A stretch of DNA of 64,000 nt from an uncultured delta proteobacterium (lineage in GTDB: Bacteria; Myxococcota_A; Polyangia; Polyangiales; Houyiibacteriaceae): contig CAVQUI010000004.1 of the NCBI GenBank assembly GCA_963716775.1, positions 416,360 to 480,359 on the forward strand, given 5' to 3'. The notes beneath the pieces were generated by a model, which saw nothing but the letters and a program-made list of their open reading frames with translations, did not search any database and was not told the DNA's origin. Position 1 is the stretch's first letter. Every line of letters begins with the position of its first letter. Positions 1 to 10,910 of this stretch are shown piece after piece. The position numbers were made by a program, and so were the translations under genes.

Positions 1-165
1 GCGCTCTACTACGAAGGCACCCGGCTCTTCATCGAGGGCGACCAGCAGGGTGCGCGCAAGCAGCTCCAGGAAGTCCTCGACACGAACATGGTGAGCTTCT
101 TCGAGTTCGAGATGGCGCGGAAGCTGCTCCTCGAAGAGGAGCTATCCGGAGCTGCGAAGCCGTGA
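1..165 (+). CDS. 3' end of an upstream gene (helical, TPR-like C-terminus); 5' part lies outside the window
   Basis: Frame 1 is open from the window edge to TGA at 163-165 (ALYYEGTRLFIEGDQQGARKQLQEVLDTNMVSFFEFEMARKLL...). The stop overlaps the GTG start of the next gene (GTGA). It is absent from the ORF track because it has no start codon in the window. Confidence 0.45.
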   Translation, partial: ALYYEGTRLFIEGDQQGARKQLQEVLDTNMVSFFEFEMARKLLLEEELSGAAKP

Positions 166-2498
166 TCGACTTCGAGAAGCTCGGAAAGCTCTATCTCGGC
201 AGAGAGCTCGACCCCGGCAGCGGCGAGCCCAACGACATCCCAGTTCTCTACGATTCGAAAGACCTCACCACGCACGCGGTCTGCGTCGGAATGACCGGTA
301 GCGGCAAGACCGGGCTCTGTCTGACGCTGCTCGAAGAAGCGGCGATCGACGGCATTCCGGCCCTGTGCATCGATCCGAAAGGCGACCTCGGAAACCTCTT
401 GCTCACCTTTCCGGAGCTTCGGCCGAGCGACTTCGAGCCCTGGATCGATCCGGCTGAAGCCGAACGAAAAGGGCGGACCGTGAGCGAGCAGGCCGAAGCG
501 GTGTCTGAGCTCTGGCGCAAAGGTCTTGCGAAATGGGGGCAGGACGGTGCGCGAATCGCTCGTTTCCGAGACTCGGTCGAGATCGGCATCTACACGCCGG
601 GGAGCTCCGCCGGCCGGGCGCTTCGCGTCCTGGAGTCCTTCGACCCGCCAGGCGACGATGCTGACGAAGATCAGCGCCGCGACCAGATCATGGGTGCGGT
701 TTCGAGCCTCCTCGCGCTGCTCGGCATCGACCCCGATCCGGTCAACAGCAAGGAGCACATCTTGCTGTCGAATCTGCTGTCACAGGCCTGGTCCAGCGGG
801 GAGTCCCTGCAGCTTGGCGACCTCGTTCGTTTGATTTCCGATCCTCCGTTCGACCGAATTGGCGTGATGGATTTGGAGACCTTCTATCCGGCCTCCGGGC
901 GGCAGAAGCTCGCCATGCAGATCAACGGCCTCCTAGCGTCTCCCGGCTTTTCCGCCTGGTTGGACGGCGAGCCGCTCGACATTCAGCGGCTGCTCTGGAC
1001 CGAAGACGGCAAGCCGCGAATCACGATTCTCTCGATCGCGCACCTGAGCGAGGCCGAGCGCATGTTCTTCGTGAGCACGCTGCTCAACCGGGTCGTGTCC
1101 TGGGTGCGTAGCCAGTCCGGCACCTCCAGTCTTCGCGCGCTCCTCTACATGGATGAGGTCTTCGGGTTTCTTCCGCCGGTCTCCGAACCGCCATCGAAGC
1201 GGCCGCTACTCACCTTGCTCAAGCAGGCGCGCGCATACGGATTCGGCATCGTCCTTGCGACCCAGAATCCGGTCGACCTCGATTACAAGGCTCTTTCGAA
1301 TTGCGGCACCTGGTTTCTGGGGCGTCTCCAAACCGAGCGCGACGTGGCTCGCGTCGTCGACGGGCTCGAGAGCGCATCCTCTGCTGCCGGCAACGCGCTC
1401 GATCGGGGCGCGATCGAACGCTTGCTCGCCGGCCTTCGCAGCCGCGTCTTCTTGTTGCACAACGCGCACGACGAAGGCGACACCCTGTTTCACACGCGCT
1501 GGGCCATGTCGTATCTTCGCGGGCCGCTCACACGCAGCCAGATCAAACGCCTGAGCCCGCCCAGCGACCAAACCCAGCCTCTGGCCCCGCAAAAAACGAA
1601 GCCGAAGCGAGACGGAAGGTCCGTCGAAGGGGCTCGGCCGGTACTGGCAGCCGGTATCGACGAGGCGTTTCTGAGCGACGAGCCGGGGACTTATCGCCCT
1701 CATTTGCTGGCCTCGGTTTCGCTTCACTACAGTCTGGCGTCTCAAGGTCTAGACGAATGGGAGGAGCACCTGATGCTCGCGCCGCTCGACGAAGACTCGC
1801 CATGGGAATCTGCAGAGCTCTTGGCCCCGGACGCCCTCGAGGTGGATCACGACGCGCCTGCCGAAGCCGAGTTCGTCGCCCCACCCTCGGGCTCGGTCAG
1901 CAAGGCTCGCTTCCGGACCTACGGCAAGGAGATCAAGAGCCATCTCTATCAGAGCCGTCTGAAGATCCTCTGGCGAAACAGGGCGCTGAAGCTCCAGTCG
2001 AAACCGGATGAGAGCAAGGCCGAGTTCTCTGCGAGGCTGCAACTTGCACGGCGCGAAAAGCGGGACGCGGCCGCCGAGAAACTTCGCGAGCAGTTCGCCA
2101 AGAAGGTCAAGAGTATGCAGGCTCGTGTCGGCCGGGCAGAGGACAAAGTCGACCGCGAGCAGAGCCAGTACGATCAGCAGAAGCTGCAGACCGGCATTTC
2201 GATGGGCGCCACCGTCTTAGGCGCGATCTTCGGGAGCCGCGGCATGGGACGTGCAACCACTGCAGCGCGAGGCGCGGGCAGAGTCGCTCGCGAGCGCGAA
2301 GACGTTCAGCGTGCCGAAGAGGACCTGCGAGAGCTCCAAGACGCGCTCCGGGCGCTCGAGATCGAGGCCGAAGAAGAGGTCAAGGCCCTCGACGCCGAGA
2401 TGGAACGTGAAGCGCCCGAGCTCGAAGAGGTGATCGTCCGTCCGAAGAAAGCGGACATCCGGGTTTCGGACCTCAGGCTTGCTTGGAAGCCTGACTGA
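162..2498 (+). CDS. HerA/FtsK-like P-loop ATPase (DUF87-type) with a long C-terminal coiled-coil tail
   Basis: 778-aa ORF. Walker A is GMTGSGKTG (nt 288-311) and Walker B-like is [10 protein letters not shown]. Followed by [29 protein letters not shown], typical of HerA/TraD-like NTPases. The C-terminal ~250 aa are charged heptad-like sequence plus a Gly-rich hydrophobic patch ([19 protein letters not shown]). Confidence 0.8.
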   Translation: MIDFEKLGKLYLGRELDPGSGEPNDIPVLYDSKDLTTHAVCVGMTGSGKTGLCLTLLEEAAIDGIPALCIDPKGDLGNLLLTFPELRPSDFEPWIDPAEAERKGRTVSEQAEAVSELWRKGLAKWGQDGARIARFRDSVEIGIYTPGSSAGRALRVLESFDPPGDDADEDQRRDQIMGAVSSLLALLGIDPDPVNSKEHILLSNLLSQAWSSGESLQLGDLVRLISDPPFDRIGVMDLETFYPASGRQKLAMQINGLLASPGFSAWLDGEPLDIQRLLWTEDGKPRITILSIAHLSEAERMFFVSTLLNRVVSWVRSQSGTSSLRALLYMDEVFGFLPPVSEPPSKRPLLTLLKQARAYGFGIVLATQNPVDLDYKALSNCGTWFLGRLQTERDVARVVDGLESASSAAGNALDRGAIERLLAGLRSRVFLLHNAHDEGDTLFHTRWAMSYLRGPLTRSQIKRLSPPSDQTQPLAPQKTKPKRDGRSVEGARPVLAAGIDEAFLSDEPGTYRPHLLASVSLHYSLASQGLDEWEEHLMLAPLDEDSPWESAELLAPDALEVDHDAPAEAEFVAPPSGSVSKARFRTYGKEIKSHLYQSRLKILWRNRALKLQSKPDESKAEFSARLQLARREKRDAAAEKLREQFAKKVKSMQARVGRAEDKVDREQSQYDQQKLQTGISMGATVLGAIFGSRGMGRATTAARGAGRVAREREDVQRAEEDLRELQDALRALEIEAEEEVKALDAEMEREAPELEEVIVRPKKADIRVSDLRLAWKPD

Positions 2499-2964
2499 TC
2501 TTCTCGAACGCCTCTCGCACCGCGGCGGGAGCCTCGACGAGCTCGATCAGCACCCCTTCACCGCCAATGGGCGCTGCCTCGTTGCCCTTGGGGTGGATGA
2601 AACAGACGCGATGACCCGCGGCTCCGGGACGAATGCCGCCGGGCGTGAATCGCACGCCCTGATCGCCCAGCCATTGCACCGCCACCTCGATGTCGTCGAC
2701 CCAGAGACCGATGTGGTTGAGGGCAGGGGTGTCCACCCGCGGCTTCTTCTCGGGGTCGATCGGCTGCATCAGGTCGACTTCGACCGTGAAAGGGCCCGCG
2801 CCCATCGTCACGATGTCTTCGTCGACGTTTTCCTTCTCGCTCCGGTAGTTCCCGTGCGGAGTCAGCCCAAGGGTGTCGACCCAGAGCCGGCTCAGAGCGC
2901 TCTTGTCGGCGGCGCCGATAGCGACCTGTTGCATTCCCAAAACTTTGAACGGACGACTTGTCAT
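2473..2964 (-). CDS. VOC (glyoxalase/bleomycin-resistance/dioxygenase) family protein
   Basis: The ORF contains the paired beta-alpha-beta-beta-beta VOC pattern ([13 protein letters not shown]...[18 protein letters not shown]...VCFIHPKG). Start is set at ATG 2964 ([10 protein letters not shown]); the longer ORF-track start would run into trpS. Confidence 0.8.
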   Translation of the reverse strand: MTSRPFKVLGMQQVAIGAADKSALSRLWVDTLGLTPHGNYRSEKENVDEDIVTMGAGPFTVEVDLMQPIDPEKKPRVDTPALNHIGLWVDDIEVAVQWLGDQGVRFTPGGIRPGAAGHRVCFIHPKGNEAAPIGGEGVLIELVEAPAAVREAFEKISQASKQA

Positions 2965-3035
2965 GCTTCCTCTTTTCGAGCGCCCGAACATACCCCGGTT
3001 GCCGCCCATGTCCACTTGGGACAGTCTCTCGCCCC

Positions 3036-3998
3036 GTGAAGACCTCACTGACCGGCATCAAGCCCACGCACCATCCGCACCTGGGAAATTACCTGGGCGC
3101 GATTCGGCCTGCGCTCTCCTTGGTCGACCAGTACCGGACGCTCTACTTCATCGCCGACTATCACGCGCTCACCACGGTTCGGGAAGCGGACGCGCTTCGC
3201 GGATACATTCGTGATGTCGCGGCGACTTGGCTGGCCTGTGGGCTCGACCCCGAACGCACCTTGCTCTACCGGCAGTCCGACGTCCCTGAAGTGTTCGAGC
3301 TCACCTGGGTGCTGAGTTGTCTTCTGGCGACCGGCCAGCTCGAGCGCGGTCATGCGTACAAAGACGCCTTGGCTCGCGGAGAGTCCCCGAACGCGGGCAT
3401 TTTCAACTATCCGGTGCTCATGGCGGCCGACATCCTCCTCTACGACACGGACGTGGTTCCGATCGGCAAGGACCAGAAGCAGCACCTCGAGCTGACGCGC
3501 GATGTCGCTGCGCGGCTCAATCACGCGTACGGCGAAGACACGCTGGTCGTTCCTGAGGCCTTGATCAGCGAGGCCCCGCTCGTCCCCGGCACCGATGGCG
3601 AGAAGATGAGCAAGAGCAAGGGCAACGGCATCCCACTGTTCGAGTCTCCGAAGAAGCTCCGCAAAGTGATCATGGGCATCAAGACCAGCTCGGAGTCGCT
3701 CGAGGATCCAAAGGTTGCCGAGGGCTCGACCGTCTACGAGCTCTACTCTCTGCTTGCCCCGGGCCAGGCTCCCGAGATGAAGCGGAAGCTCGAAGCGGGC
3801 GGCTACGGCTGGGGCCACGCCAAAGAAGAGCTCTTCCAGGCCGTCGAGGCGGAGATCGGTCCCAAGCGGGACGCGTACCTATCGATTCGCGCCGACGAAG
3901 CGCAGCTCGACGCGATCCTTCATGCTGGGGCTGACAAGGCGCGTGAGATCGCGCATGCGACGATTCAGCGAGTACGGAGCGCAGTCGGCATCGACTGA
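3036..3998 (+). CDS. trpS: tryptophan--tRNA ligase
   Basis: Class I aaRS signatures are present: [16 protein letters not shown] (HIGH-like) and KMSKSKGN (KMSKS). Length is ~320 aa from GTG 3036, and the overall sequence is TrpRS-like ([21 protein letters not shown]). Confidence 0.9.
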   Translation: MKTSLTGIKPTHHPHLGNYLGAIRPALSLVDQYRTLYFIADYHALTTVREADALRGYIRDVAATWLACGLDPERTLLYRQSDVPEVFELTWVLSCLLATGQLERGHAYKDALARGESPNAGIFNYPVLMAADILLYDTDVVPIGKDQKQHLELTRDVAARLNHAYGEDTLVVPEALISEAPLVPGTDGEKMSKSKGNGIPLFESPKKLRKVIMGIKTSSESLEDPKVAEGSTVYELYSLLAPGQAPEMKRKLEAGGYGWGHAKEELFQAVEAEIGPKRDAYLSIRADEAQLDAILHAGADKAREIAHATIQRVRSAVGID

Positions 3999-3999
3999 G

Positions 4000-4509
4000 T
4001 CAGTAGACGCTGCTCCACTGCGAGTCGTCCTCGAAGTTCTCGTATTCGTCGGGCCTGTTTTGAGGTTGCGTTTGCCGCGGGCCCTCGGGGATCTCCAGCA
4101 GGCCGGGATGGCCGCTTTCGACCGACTCGTTCGTGAGAATGAAGGTCTGCTTGTGCTTCTGCCAGGTCTGTCGAATCACCGTGTTCGCCAGGACCATCGT
4201 GCTCTGGTCGTACCAGCGAACGGCCACGCGTGAGAAAGCGCCCTCGCCTTCCTCGTCGGTTTCGGGGTTCATGCCGAGTATCTCGGAATCCGCGATCTGA
4301 ACATCGCGGCCCCAGCGCATGTGCGAGAGCTTGTACTGATTGCGAAACGGCGCAGCGACGTGTCCGCTCGCGACGTCCATACGGCCCCAGCGTGCGCCTT
4401 CGTTGAGCTCGATCACCGCATCGCGCATTCGCGTTTCAGGGCTCAGATTCTGGATCAGGCAACCGCTCATCCCAATAAGGACAGCGGCCAAGCAAATTCG
4501 TCTCGCCAT
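4000..4509 (-). CDS. hypothetical lipoprotein
   Basis: 169-aa ORF with a signal peptide and lipobox (MARRICLAAVLIGMSGC). Coding-like composition. I recognise no family. Confidence 0.65.
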   Translation of the reverse strand: MARRICLAAVLIGMSGCLIQNLSPETRMRDAVIELNEGARWGRMDVASGHVAAPFRNQYKLSHMRWGRDVQIADSEILGMNPETDEEGEGAFSRVAVRWYDQSTMVLANTVIRQTWQKHKQTFILTNESVESGHPGLLEIPEGPRQTQPQNRPDEYENFEDDSQWSSVY

Positions 4510-4545
4510 GGCCTGACGCTAGGCCCGAGGCCGCGTGCGGGGCAA

Positions 4546-7290
4546 CTAATTGGTGACGCGGTCGGCGACCCCGGCCAGACGAGCCTTGGCGGTCCGGTTC
4601 TCCGGTTCGAGCGATAGGGCTTTACGCCAGGCTTTGCGGGCGGCGTCGGTGTCGCCCTGGAGCTGGAGCGCATCGCCATAGAGCACCTGATACTCTGCCC
4701 GACGTGAGCGCTTTCGAACCGCTTTCTTGGCCCATTTGGTCGCCCGCTCCGGGTCTTTCTTGGCGATGAACAGGGCCGCGTAGCCGGCCATGGCCTGCGG
4801 GTTCTTCGGGTCGAGCTCCCAGGCTCGATCGAGGGTGGCTTCGCCCAGACGAAGCCGACCGCTTCGGATCAGCGGCAGGGCGCGATGGACGAGCACGTCC
4901 GAGGCCTTCGCCGGATCGCGTGGCAAGTTCTGAGTCGGGATCGCGAGGGCGGCCGATTCCGGAGCGCGCGGCTTCGTATCCGTCTCGGGCTTCGCTGCGG
5001 CCTTCGGCTCGGGTTTCGGCTCAGGCTTCGGCTCGGCTTTCGCCTCGGCTTTGGGTTCAGTCCGGGCCTTCTCGACCTTGGTTTCGGCCGGCTCTTCTTC
5101 CTCGAGCTCGCCTTCATCGAACGCCATGGCCGCTTCTTCGCTATCGGCTTCGTGGACTCCATTGAGCGGTCCCGTGATCGGGCCCTTCCTGCCTTCGGTT
5201 TCGGCCTCGTTGTCGGACTTGGCTTCTGTGGACTCGGGCGCGGCCGAGTCGCTGTTCACCCAGAGCTGCCAGCCGAGCACGCCGACGCCTGCGAGCAAGG
5301 CCGTCAGCAACAAGGCTTGAATCCAAGCCGGTGAGCCGCCGGAGGTCTGGGCCGGCGCGACGATCGTGGTGCCTTCCAGCTTTCGAGCCAGCTCCGGCTC
5401 GAAGAGGGTATCCGGCCCAAACATGGGTTTGACGTCCGGCTTTCTGCTCTCGATCGGCGGCGGCGGCGGAGTCGGTTTCCGAGGGACGGGAACCGTCATC
5501 TGCGCATCGAGCTCTTCCTGCGGCAGCATCTCGAACGCCGGCGCCAGTCCCAGGGCGGTCGCTTTTGGTTTGCGAGGGCTCTCGTGCGCATGATCGACGT
5601 GATTGCTGGCGTCGTGGTGCTCCTGCACCTCGCGCGTGACGGGAACGGTGCGTTGCTGCGTCTCTACACGTCCGAGCAGCCGCCCAAGCTTGTTCGTAGG
5701 GCTCTCCTCCTCCGCAAACGGCTGGGGGGGTGGTCCGCCGACCGCGGCTTGCAGGTGAGCGAAGCGCGCGGGCGCCATCGTGTGGGAGTCCTCGAGCGAG
5801 TAGGGAGTCTGCGCCTGGGGCGGATCGGTCGCGTGCTCTTCGGCTTCGGGCGTTTCCGGCGGGATCGTCGGAGCGTTGACCTCGATACCGATATCTCCGT
5901 CAGCGAATCCGAGCTGGTGTGACACCACGCCGAGCGCCTCGTCCACCGGCATCATGATGTTCGCGACCGAAGGCAGGTCCTGCTCGCGAACCGACACACG
6001 GCCAGCGTTCATGCCCCACAGAGACAGGAGCGCCGGGATGCCTTGCAGGGTCTGCTTGGTGCCTTCGTGCAGCGTGGCGTAGGCGCCGACAATCGAGTTG
6101 TCGGCGACATCGACGTCGACGTTCCGTTTGGCTCCGCTGACCGACACGCGTCGGACACCGGGCACGGAGCCGAGCGCGCGTAGCAGGCGCCCTGGGCCGA
6201 TGAGCTCCAGCCTGGTGTCGAAATCGACTTCGTCCTCGGCTCGGCGCGCCTGCTCGGCGTCTTGGTCGATCATCGGAAGCAGCCGGCTAGCGAGTTGGGG
6301 TAGGTCCGGCTCCGCATCGGTTTCAGAGGTCGGCCAGAAGTCTTCCCAGCGGACGACCAGCATCGAGGCCCAGCGAAGTTGTGGGTCCTTTCGCATCGCG
6401 CGCACGAAGTCGACGCCCTCGCCGCCGACTGCGCTCGAGTCCAAAACGACCACCTGCGGATCGACTTCGCGAATTCGCGGGATCACCGCGGTCGAGAAGT
6501 CCGCTGCTGCGATCCGGACGCCACGCGACAGAAGGACGTTCGCGAGCTTTTCCGCGCGAAGTTGGTCGGAATCGAGGACGACAACCCGTGCACCTCGTAG
6601 GCGGCTCAGGTCTACGCTCTCTGAAGGCGCCGCAACCGGCAGCGTGGATAGCCGTCCCCCGGTGGTTTCGTGAAACTCGTACTCGAGTGGAGTTTCGCCG
6701 GCGACCGCCCTACGCAGCAGGTCGAGAATCTGCTCCGTGCGGTGTGCTGAGCTCCGTTCGGTTTCGACGACGACCGGCATGCCGTCGAGCACACCTTTCG
6801 GAGAGCGAACACTCAGGATGCCCGTCTTCGACTCGTCTGAGACCAGGTCGAGCAGCTCTTGAAGGTTGCCCTGGTTCAAGGCACCGACCACGACCCCCGG
6901 TCGTCTCGGGACCTCATCGGCGAGCTCCGCCAGCCTGCGCGCGATGTTGTCCGCACCTGCGCCGCGAGGAACGACCGCGACGGCACCCGATCGGAAGTCT
7001 CGTGCTTCGTCTTTGAGGACCGCGTCGTTCGAGACTACGGCAATGGGCAGCACATCGGTCGCCCGATTGTCTGCCATGCGTCGCACGACACTCTCGCCCC
7101 CGCGGATGGCCGCGTCCCCGATGAGGACGACCATATCGGGTGCATAAACGCGAACTGCTTGTTCGAGCTCCGCAGTTGCAGACGCGGCGACGGAAATCCC
7201 ATGGCGCCGAAGCGCTTCCCCCAACGCTGTCTGCATCGGCTCGCCCTGGCCCACCATCAGGATAGTAGGCCGGTGCTCCTGATCCGACAT
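4546..7290 (-). CDS. multidomain signalling/scaffold protein: two pseudo-receiver + PATAN(DUF4388)-like modules, Pro-rich linker, one TM helix, Lys/Glu/Pro-rich repeat, C-terminal TPR
   Basis: 914-aa ORF. The N-terminal CheY-like fold lacks the canonical acidic pocket (ILMVGQGE..., PDMVVLIGD). GNLQELLDLVSDESKTGILSV is the DUF4388/PATAN hallmark, and a second receiver-like block follows (ARVVVLDSD...VVVLDSS). TM segment is AWIQALLLTALLAGVGVLGWQLWV. A PEPK-type low-complexity run precedes TPR-like repeats at the C-terminus (AMAGYAALFIAKKDPERA..., YGDALQLQGDTDAARKAWRKAL). Confidence 0.8.
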   Translation of the reverse strand: MSDQEHRPTILMVGQGEPMQTALGEALRRHGISVAASATAELEQAVRVYAPDMVVLIGDAAIRGGESVVRRMADNRATDVLPIAVVSNDAVLKDEARDFRSGAVAVVPRGAGADNIARRLAELADEVPRRPGVVVGALNQGNLQELLDLVSDESKTGILSVRSPKGVLDGMPVVVETERSSAHRTEQILDLLRRAVAGETPLEYEFHETTGGRLSTLPVAAPSESVDLSRLRGARVVVLDSDQLRAEKLANVLLSRGVRIAAADFSTAVIPRIREVDPQVVVLDSSAVGGEGVDFVRAMRKDPQLRWASMLVVRWEDFWPTSETDAEPDLPQLASRLLPMIDQDAEQARRAEDEVDFDTRLELIGPGRLLRALGSVPGVRRVSVSGAKRNVDVDVADNSIVGAYATLHEGTKQTLQGIPALLSLWGMNAGRVSVREQDLPSVANIMMPVDEALGVVSHQLGFADGDIGIEVNAPTIPPETPEAEEHATDPPQAQTPYSLEDSHTMAPARFAHLQAAVGGPPPQPFAEEESPTNKLGRLLGRVETQQRTVPVTREVQEHHDASNHVDHAHESPRKPKATALGLAPAFEMLPQEELDAQMTVPVPRKPTPPPPPIESRKPDVKPMFGPDTLFEPELARKLEGTTIVAPAQTSGGSPAWIQALLLTALLAGVGVLGWQLWVNSDSAAPESTEAKSDNEAETEGRKGPITGPLNGVHEADSEEAAMAFDEGELEEEEPAETKVEKARTEPKAEAKAEPKPEPKPEPKAAAKPETDTKPRAPESAALAIPTQNLPRDPAKASDVLVHRALPLIRSGRLRLGEATLDRAWELDPKNPQAMAGYAALFIAKKDPERATKWAKKAVRKRSRRAEYQVLYGDALQLQGDTDAARKAWRKALSLEPENRTAKARLAGVADRVTN

Positions 7291-7365
7291 CGTTGTAATC
7301 TTGTCTGATCCTGAGGGATTTAGCCAGCTTGAGGTGAGGCATTCCTTCGCTATGCTCCGCGCCGA

Positions 7366-8001
7366 ATGAGCACTTCAGCAATCGAGTTCCTTCGGGAGAG
7401 CTTTCCCAAGCTCTTCGACCGAGGGGTGACAGTCCTTCAGAGCCGAGCGGCCGGTGGCGATGAGCGTGCCCAGCGCATCCTCGATGACGTGAGAGGGGTC
7501 ACCGGCGCGGCGAGCCTTCAGATCGACGATGAGCCGCCCGTCGTGCTTTCGGCCAAGGAGGGGACGCTGAGCTCCGGCGGCGCTCCAGCCGAAGGGGTTC
7601 CCATCAAGATCGCGGCAGCACTTCCGGGTGACGGCGCGACCCTGTTGTTAGGAGAAGCCGCTAAATCCGGTGCTCTCGACAATGACGAGGTGGCCATCGG
7701 AGCCGCCCAGACCGCGTCCAAGCGATTCGAGGACGTGCTCGCGGGCCGGCCCCTGACCTGTCATGTCACGCTGCGTGGGGTGCCGGAGCTGGGTGACGTC
7801 AAGGTTCGCCTAGGCTTCAACGTGGAAGAGCCCCCTCAGGACCCCGGTTTCACCACCGAGCTCCAGTTTTCGGATCTGGAGCTGGTGCAGCGAGGTGAGC
7901 TCACGGCTCAGGATCTGTTCTTGGGCGGCAAGCTCAAGATGGAGGGGGATTACTCCCTCGCGCTGCAGATCGCGATGCAGTTGCTGACCAACCCTCTCTG
8001 A
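7366..8001 (+). CDS. SCP2 sterol-binding domain protein
   Basis: 211-aa ORF. The C-terminal sequence [22 protein letters not shown] is the characteristic SCP2 C-terminal motif. Confidence 0.7.
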   Translation: MSTSAIEFLRESFPKLFDRGVTVLQSRAAGGDERAQRILDDVRGVTGAASLQIDDEPPVVLSAKEGTLSSGGAPAEGVPIKIAAALPGDGATLLLGEAAKSGALDNDEVAIGAAQTASKRFEDVLAGRPLTCHVTLRGVPELGDVKVRLGFNVEEPPQDPGFTTELQFSDLELVQRGELTAQDLFLGGKLKMEGDYSLALQIAMQLLTNPL

Positions 8002-8093
8002 ACGGACGATCCCTAGTCGATCAGCCGCAACGACGGTGGAACTTGCCGGTCACTGCCCGGGTTGGATACCCTGAACCTCAGCTACGGGGGGTT

Positions 8094-9623
8094 ATGTTTC
8101 GGGCAATCGCCAAGAGTCGCTATCTAGTGCCGGGCTTCATGTGCTTCGCGCTCGCGTTCGTCGTCGGACCGATTGGTGTCGCGTCGGGCGCGCTGGTGGG
8201 AGCGCAGGCAGCATCGATTGCAGGCGTCGTTTCTGCAGCTCTTGGATTGCTCGGGCTCGCGATCATCGCGTCGGGGCTGCCGGCCTCGATCGAGGTCGAA
8301 GTCGTCGACGCACAACTACGCACGATTTATCGGGAAATCGAAGAGGTCGAAGGCGTCATTGGCGACAACGTCAAGGAGCTTTCTAGCGGTCTCGGTGAGC
8401 AAATGGTGGCCGTCGAGGAAACGGCGCGCTCGATCAAGTCGATGGCGATCTCCCTGCAGGCGATCAGCGATCGGGTCGAAGCCCTGTCGTCGAGCACCGA
8501 AGAGAGCGCCTCGAGCATCCTGCAAATGACGGCGACGAATCACGAGGTCGCCGAGAACATGGGCAACCTCGGATCGAGCGTTCGAGAGACGGCCTCGTCG
8601 ATCGAGGAGATGACCTACAGCATCAAGGAAGTCGCGCGGAACGTGGACGCTCTGGCCCAGACCGCCGACGAGACATCTTCCTCGATGAACGAGATGGACG
8701 TGTCGATCGACCAGGTTCAGTCGAACGCCAACGAGACGGCGCGGCTATCCGCCGAGGTTGCTAGCGACGCGGAAACCGGCGCCGAATCGCTGCTCAAGAT
8801 CAGCGAGGAGATCAACCGAATCAAGTCTTCTTCGCTCGAGGCGGTGAGCACGATTTCCAACCTGGGCGACCGTATCGAGGCGATCGGCGACATCCTGAAC
8901 GTCATCGACGAGGTGGCCGAGCAGACCAACCTGCTGGCCTTGAACGCTGCGATTATCGCGGCGCAGGCCGGAGAGCATGGCAAGGGCTTTGCGGTGGTCG
9001 CCGATGAAATCAAAGATCTCGCCGAGCGCGCGGGCGCGTCCACCAAGGAAATAGCCGAGCTGATCAAGACGATTCAGGCGGAGACCAAGAACGCGATCGA
9101 AGCCGTCGAGCGGGGCGCCAGCACAGTCGACCGGGGCGTGACCGTGAGCGTGGAGGCCGAGCGCGCGCTCAAGAAGATTCTCGAGTCGTCCAAGCAGTCG
9201 ACCGCCATGGTTCGTGGAATCGCACAGGCGACGGTCGAGCAGGCCCGAGGCTCCAGGCAGGTGACCGACGCGATTGGCCGCATCGCAGAGACGGTCCAGC
9301 AGATCGCTGCGGCAACGGCGGAGCAGGCGCGAGGCTCCGAGCTCATCATGAAGAGCGCGGACAACATGCGCTTGATTACCCAGCAGATGGAGCGAAGCAG
9401 TCAGGAGCAGGCCGAAGGCGGCCGTCAGATGAGCGGGTCCATCGAGAATATCTCCGAAATGGTCCTACAGCTCCACCAGTCTCATCGGAAACACACGGAC
9501 AGCTCCGAGCAGACCCTGGCAGCGGCCAACCGAATCCAGGAACTGACGCGCGACTACGAGAATCGGGTTCGCGCGATGCACCGGGCGGTCGATCGCCTCC
9601 GCCAAATACGATTCCAGTCGTGA
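8094..9623 (+). CDS. methyl-accepting chemotaxis protein
   Basis: Highly conserved MCP signalling hairpin: [38 protein letters not shown]. Two N-terminal TM segments with almost no periplasmic loop. Start is set at ATG 8094; TTG 8043 is also possible. Confidence 0.85.
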   Translation: MFRAIAKSRYLVPGFMCFALAFVVGPIGVASGALVGAQAASIAGVVSAALGLLGLAIIASGLPASIEVEVVDAQLRTIYREIEEVEGVIGDNVKELSSGLGEQMVAVEETARSIKSMAISLQAISDRVEALSSSTEESASSILQMTATNHEVAENMGNLGSSVRETASSIEEMTYSIKEVARNVDALAQTADETSSSMNEMDVSIDQVQSNANETARLSAEVASDAETGAESLLKISEEINRIKSSSLEAVSTISNLGDRIEAIGDILNVIDEVAEQTNLLALNAAIIAAQAGEHGKGFAVVADEIKDLAERAGASTKEIAELIKTIQAETKNAIEAVERGASTVDRGVTVSVEAERALKKILESSKQSTAMVRGIAQATVEQARGSRQVTDAIGRIAETVQQIAAATAEQARGSELIMKSADNMRLITQQMERSSQEQAEGGRQMSGSIENISEMVLQLHQSHRKHTDSSEQTLAAANRIQELTRDYENRVRAMHRAVDRLRQIRFQS

Positions 9624-9714
9624 TGCCCGCCAATACGGGGCGCTTGTTCTGCCGACTGCACGCGAACCGCATCTGGTTGCCTTCCGGGGGTGCAAGGATT
9701 CATCTTAGGGGCCC

Positions 9715-10113
9715 ATGTTTGGCATCGGACCAACAGAGTTAGCTTTCTTCCTGGTGATCGTCTTGCTGGCCGTAGGCCCGGAGAAGTTGCCTACGTTCAT
9801 GCGCACCGTGGGCAAAGGCGTTCGCCAGGTTCGAAACGCCAGCCGTGAGTTCAAGGAGGCGATTGGGCTCGAAGAGCTGATGCGTGAAGGAGATCCGTTT
9901 CGCGCTCCGCCGATTCGCCCGCCAAGAGCGCGCCCCGTGCCCGTGACGGAGGAAACAGCGGAGGCGTCGCAGCCGGACGCAAGTGGGGCAGAGGATCCAG
10001 CAAGTCCAGCGAGTCCCCAACCGCCCGCTCCGCCGCCGATCCCAGCCGCGGCAGCCGATGCACCCGAGCCTGCCGCAGAGGCGGAGGACCCGTCCGAGGT
10101 GAAGCGTCCATGA
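9715..10113 (+). CDS. twin-arginine translocase TatA/TatB family protein
   Basis: MFGIGPTELAFFLVIVLLAVGPEKLPTFMRTVGKGVRQVR is the TatA/B N-terminal TM helix plus amphipathic helix. Ala/Pro-rich tail. The stop overlaps the tatC start (ATGA). Confidence 0.85.
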   Translation: MFGIGPTELAFFLVIVLLAVGPEKLPTFMRTVGKGVRQVRNASREFKEAIGLEELMREGDPFRAPPIRPPRARPVPVTEETAEASQPDASGAEDPASPASPQPPAPPPIPAAAADAPEPAAEAEDPSEVKRP

Positions 10114-10910
10114 CCTCGACCGAGATTCAAGTCCCCGAGCCCGAGCCGGCGAGGTTTGCTGAACAAGATCAGGAGATGACCTTCTTTCAGCATCTCGGCG
10201 AGCTCCGGAGCCGTTTGCTGCGCGCCATTCTCGGACTGATTCCAGCCGTCGCGGTGGGCTGGATCTTCAAAAAGGAGATCAAGGACTTCCTCGTCGCGCC
10301 GCTTCAACCGGCCTGGGAGAAGCTCAATCTACCGGGTCAGGCTGTGCTGCGATTCTCCGGGCCGGCGGACGCCTTCATGATGTACATGAAGAACGCGCTG
10401 ATCGCTGGCGTGCTCCTCGCCTCGCCGTGGATCTTCTGGCAGCTCTGGATGTTCATCGCGCCGGGGCTGTACAAGAAGGAAAAGGCGATGGCGGTTCCGT
10501 TCATCTTCTTTTCGACGCTCTGCTTCGCTGGCGGAGCGGTTTTCGGGTACAAGTTCGTCTTTCCCGAAGCGTTCACCGTCCTACTCGGCTTCAGCGACGA
10601 AACCCTGGTCGCGACGATGTTCGTCAAGGACTACATGCCGTTCTTCCGCCGGATGCTCCTCGCCTTCGGCATCGTCTTCGAGGTGCCCGTCATCGTGACC
10701 TTCTTGGCTGGCGCCGGCATCGTCACCTGGCAGCAGCTCCTGAAGTTCTCGCGCTGGTGGATCGTCTGCGCGGCGTTCATCTCGATGCTGCTCACGCCGC
10801 AGGACGTCTACACGATGGTGATGATGCTGATCCCGCTCGTCGTGCTTTATTTCGTCGGTGTCGGCTGCGCGTACCTAATCACCGTCTTCCGGAAGACGCC
10901 CAGCGCCTAG
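10110..10910 (+). CDS. tatC: twin-arginine translocase subunit TatC
   Basis: 266-aa polytopic protein with the TatC N-terminal motif (FFQHLGELRSRLLRAI) and six predicted TM segments. Translationally coupled to the preceding Tat gene. Confidence 0.9.
   Translation: MTSTEIQVPEPEPARFAEQDQEMTFFQHLGELRSRLLRAILGLIPAVAVGWIFKKEIKDFLVAPLQPAWEKLNLPGQAVLRFSGPADAFMMYMKNALIAGVLLASPWIFWQLWMFIAPGLYKKEKAMAVPFIFFSTLCFAGGAVFGYKFVFPEAFTVLLGFSDETLVATMFVKDYMPFFRRMLLAFGIVFEVPVIVTFLAGAGIVTWQQLLKFSRWWIVCAAFISMLLTPQDVYTMVMMLIPLVVLYFVGVGCAYLITVFRKTPSA

Noticed and set aside
9-758. 249-aa minus-strand ORF overlapping the 5' part of the HerA-like ATPase gene
   Set aside because: It lies antisense to a gene with clear Walker motifs. 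Long stop-free antisense frames are expected in GC-rich DNA, and it has no recognisable motifs.
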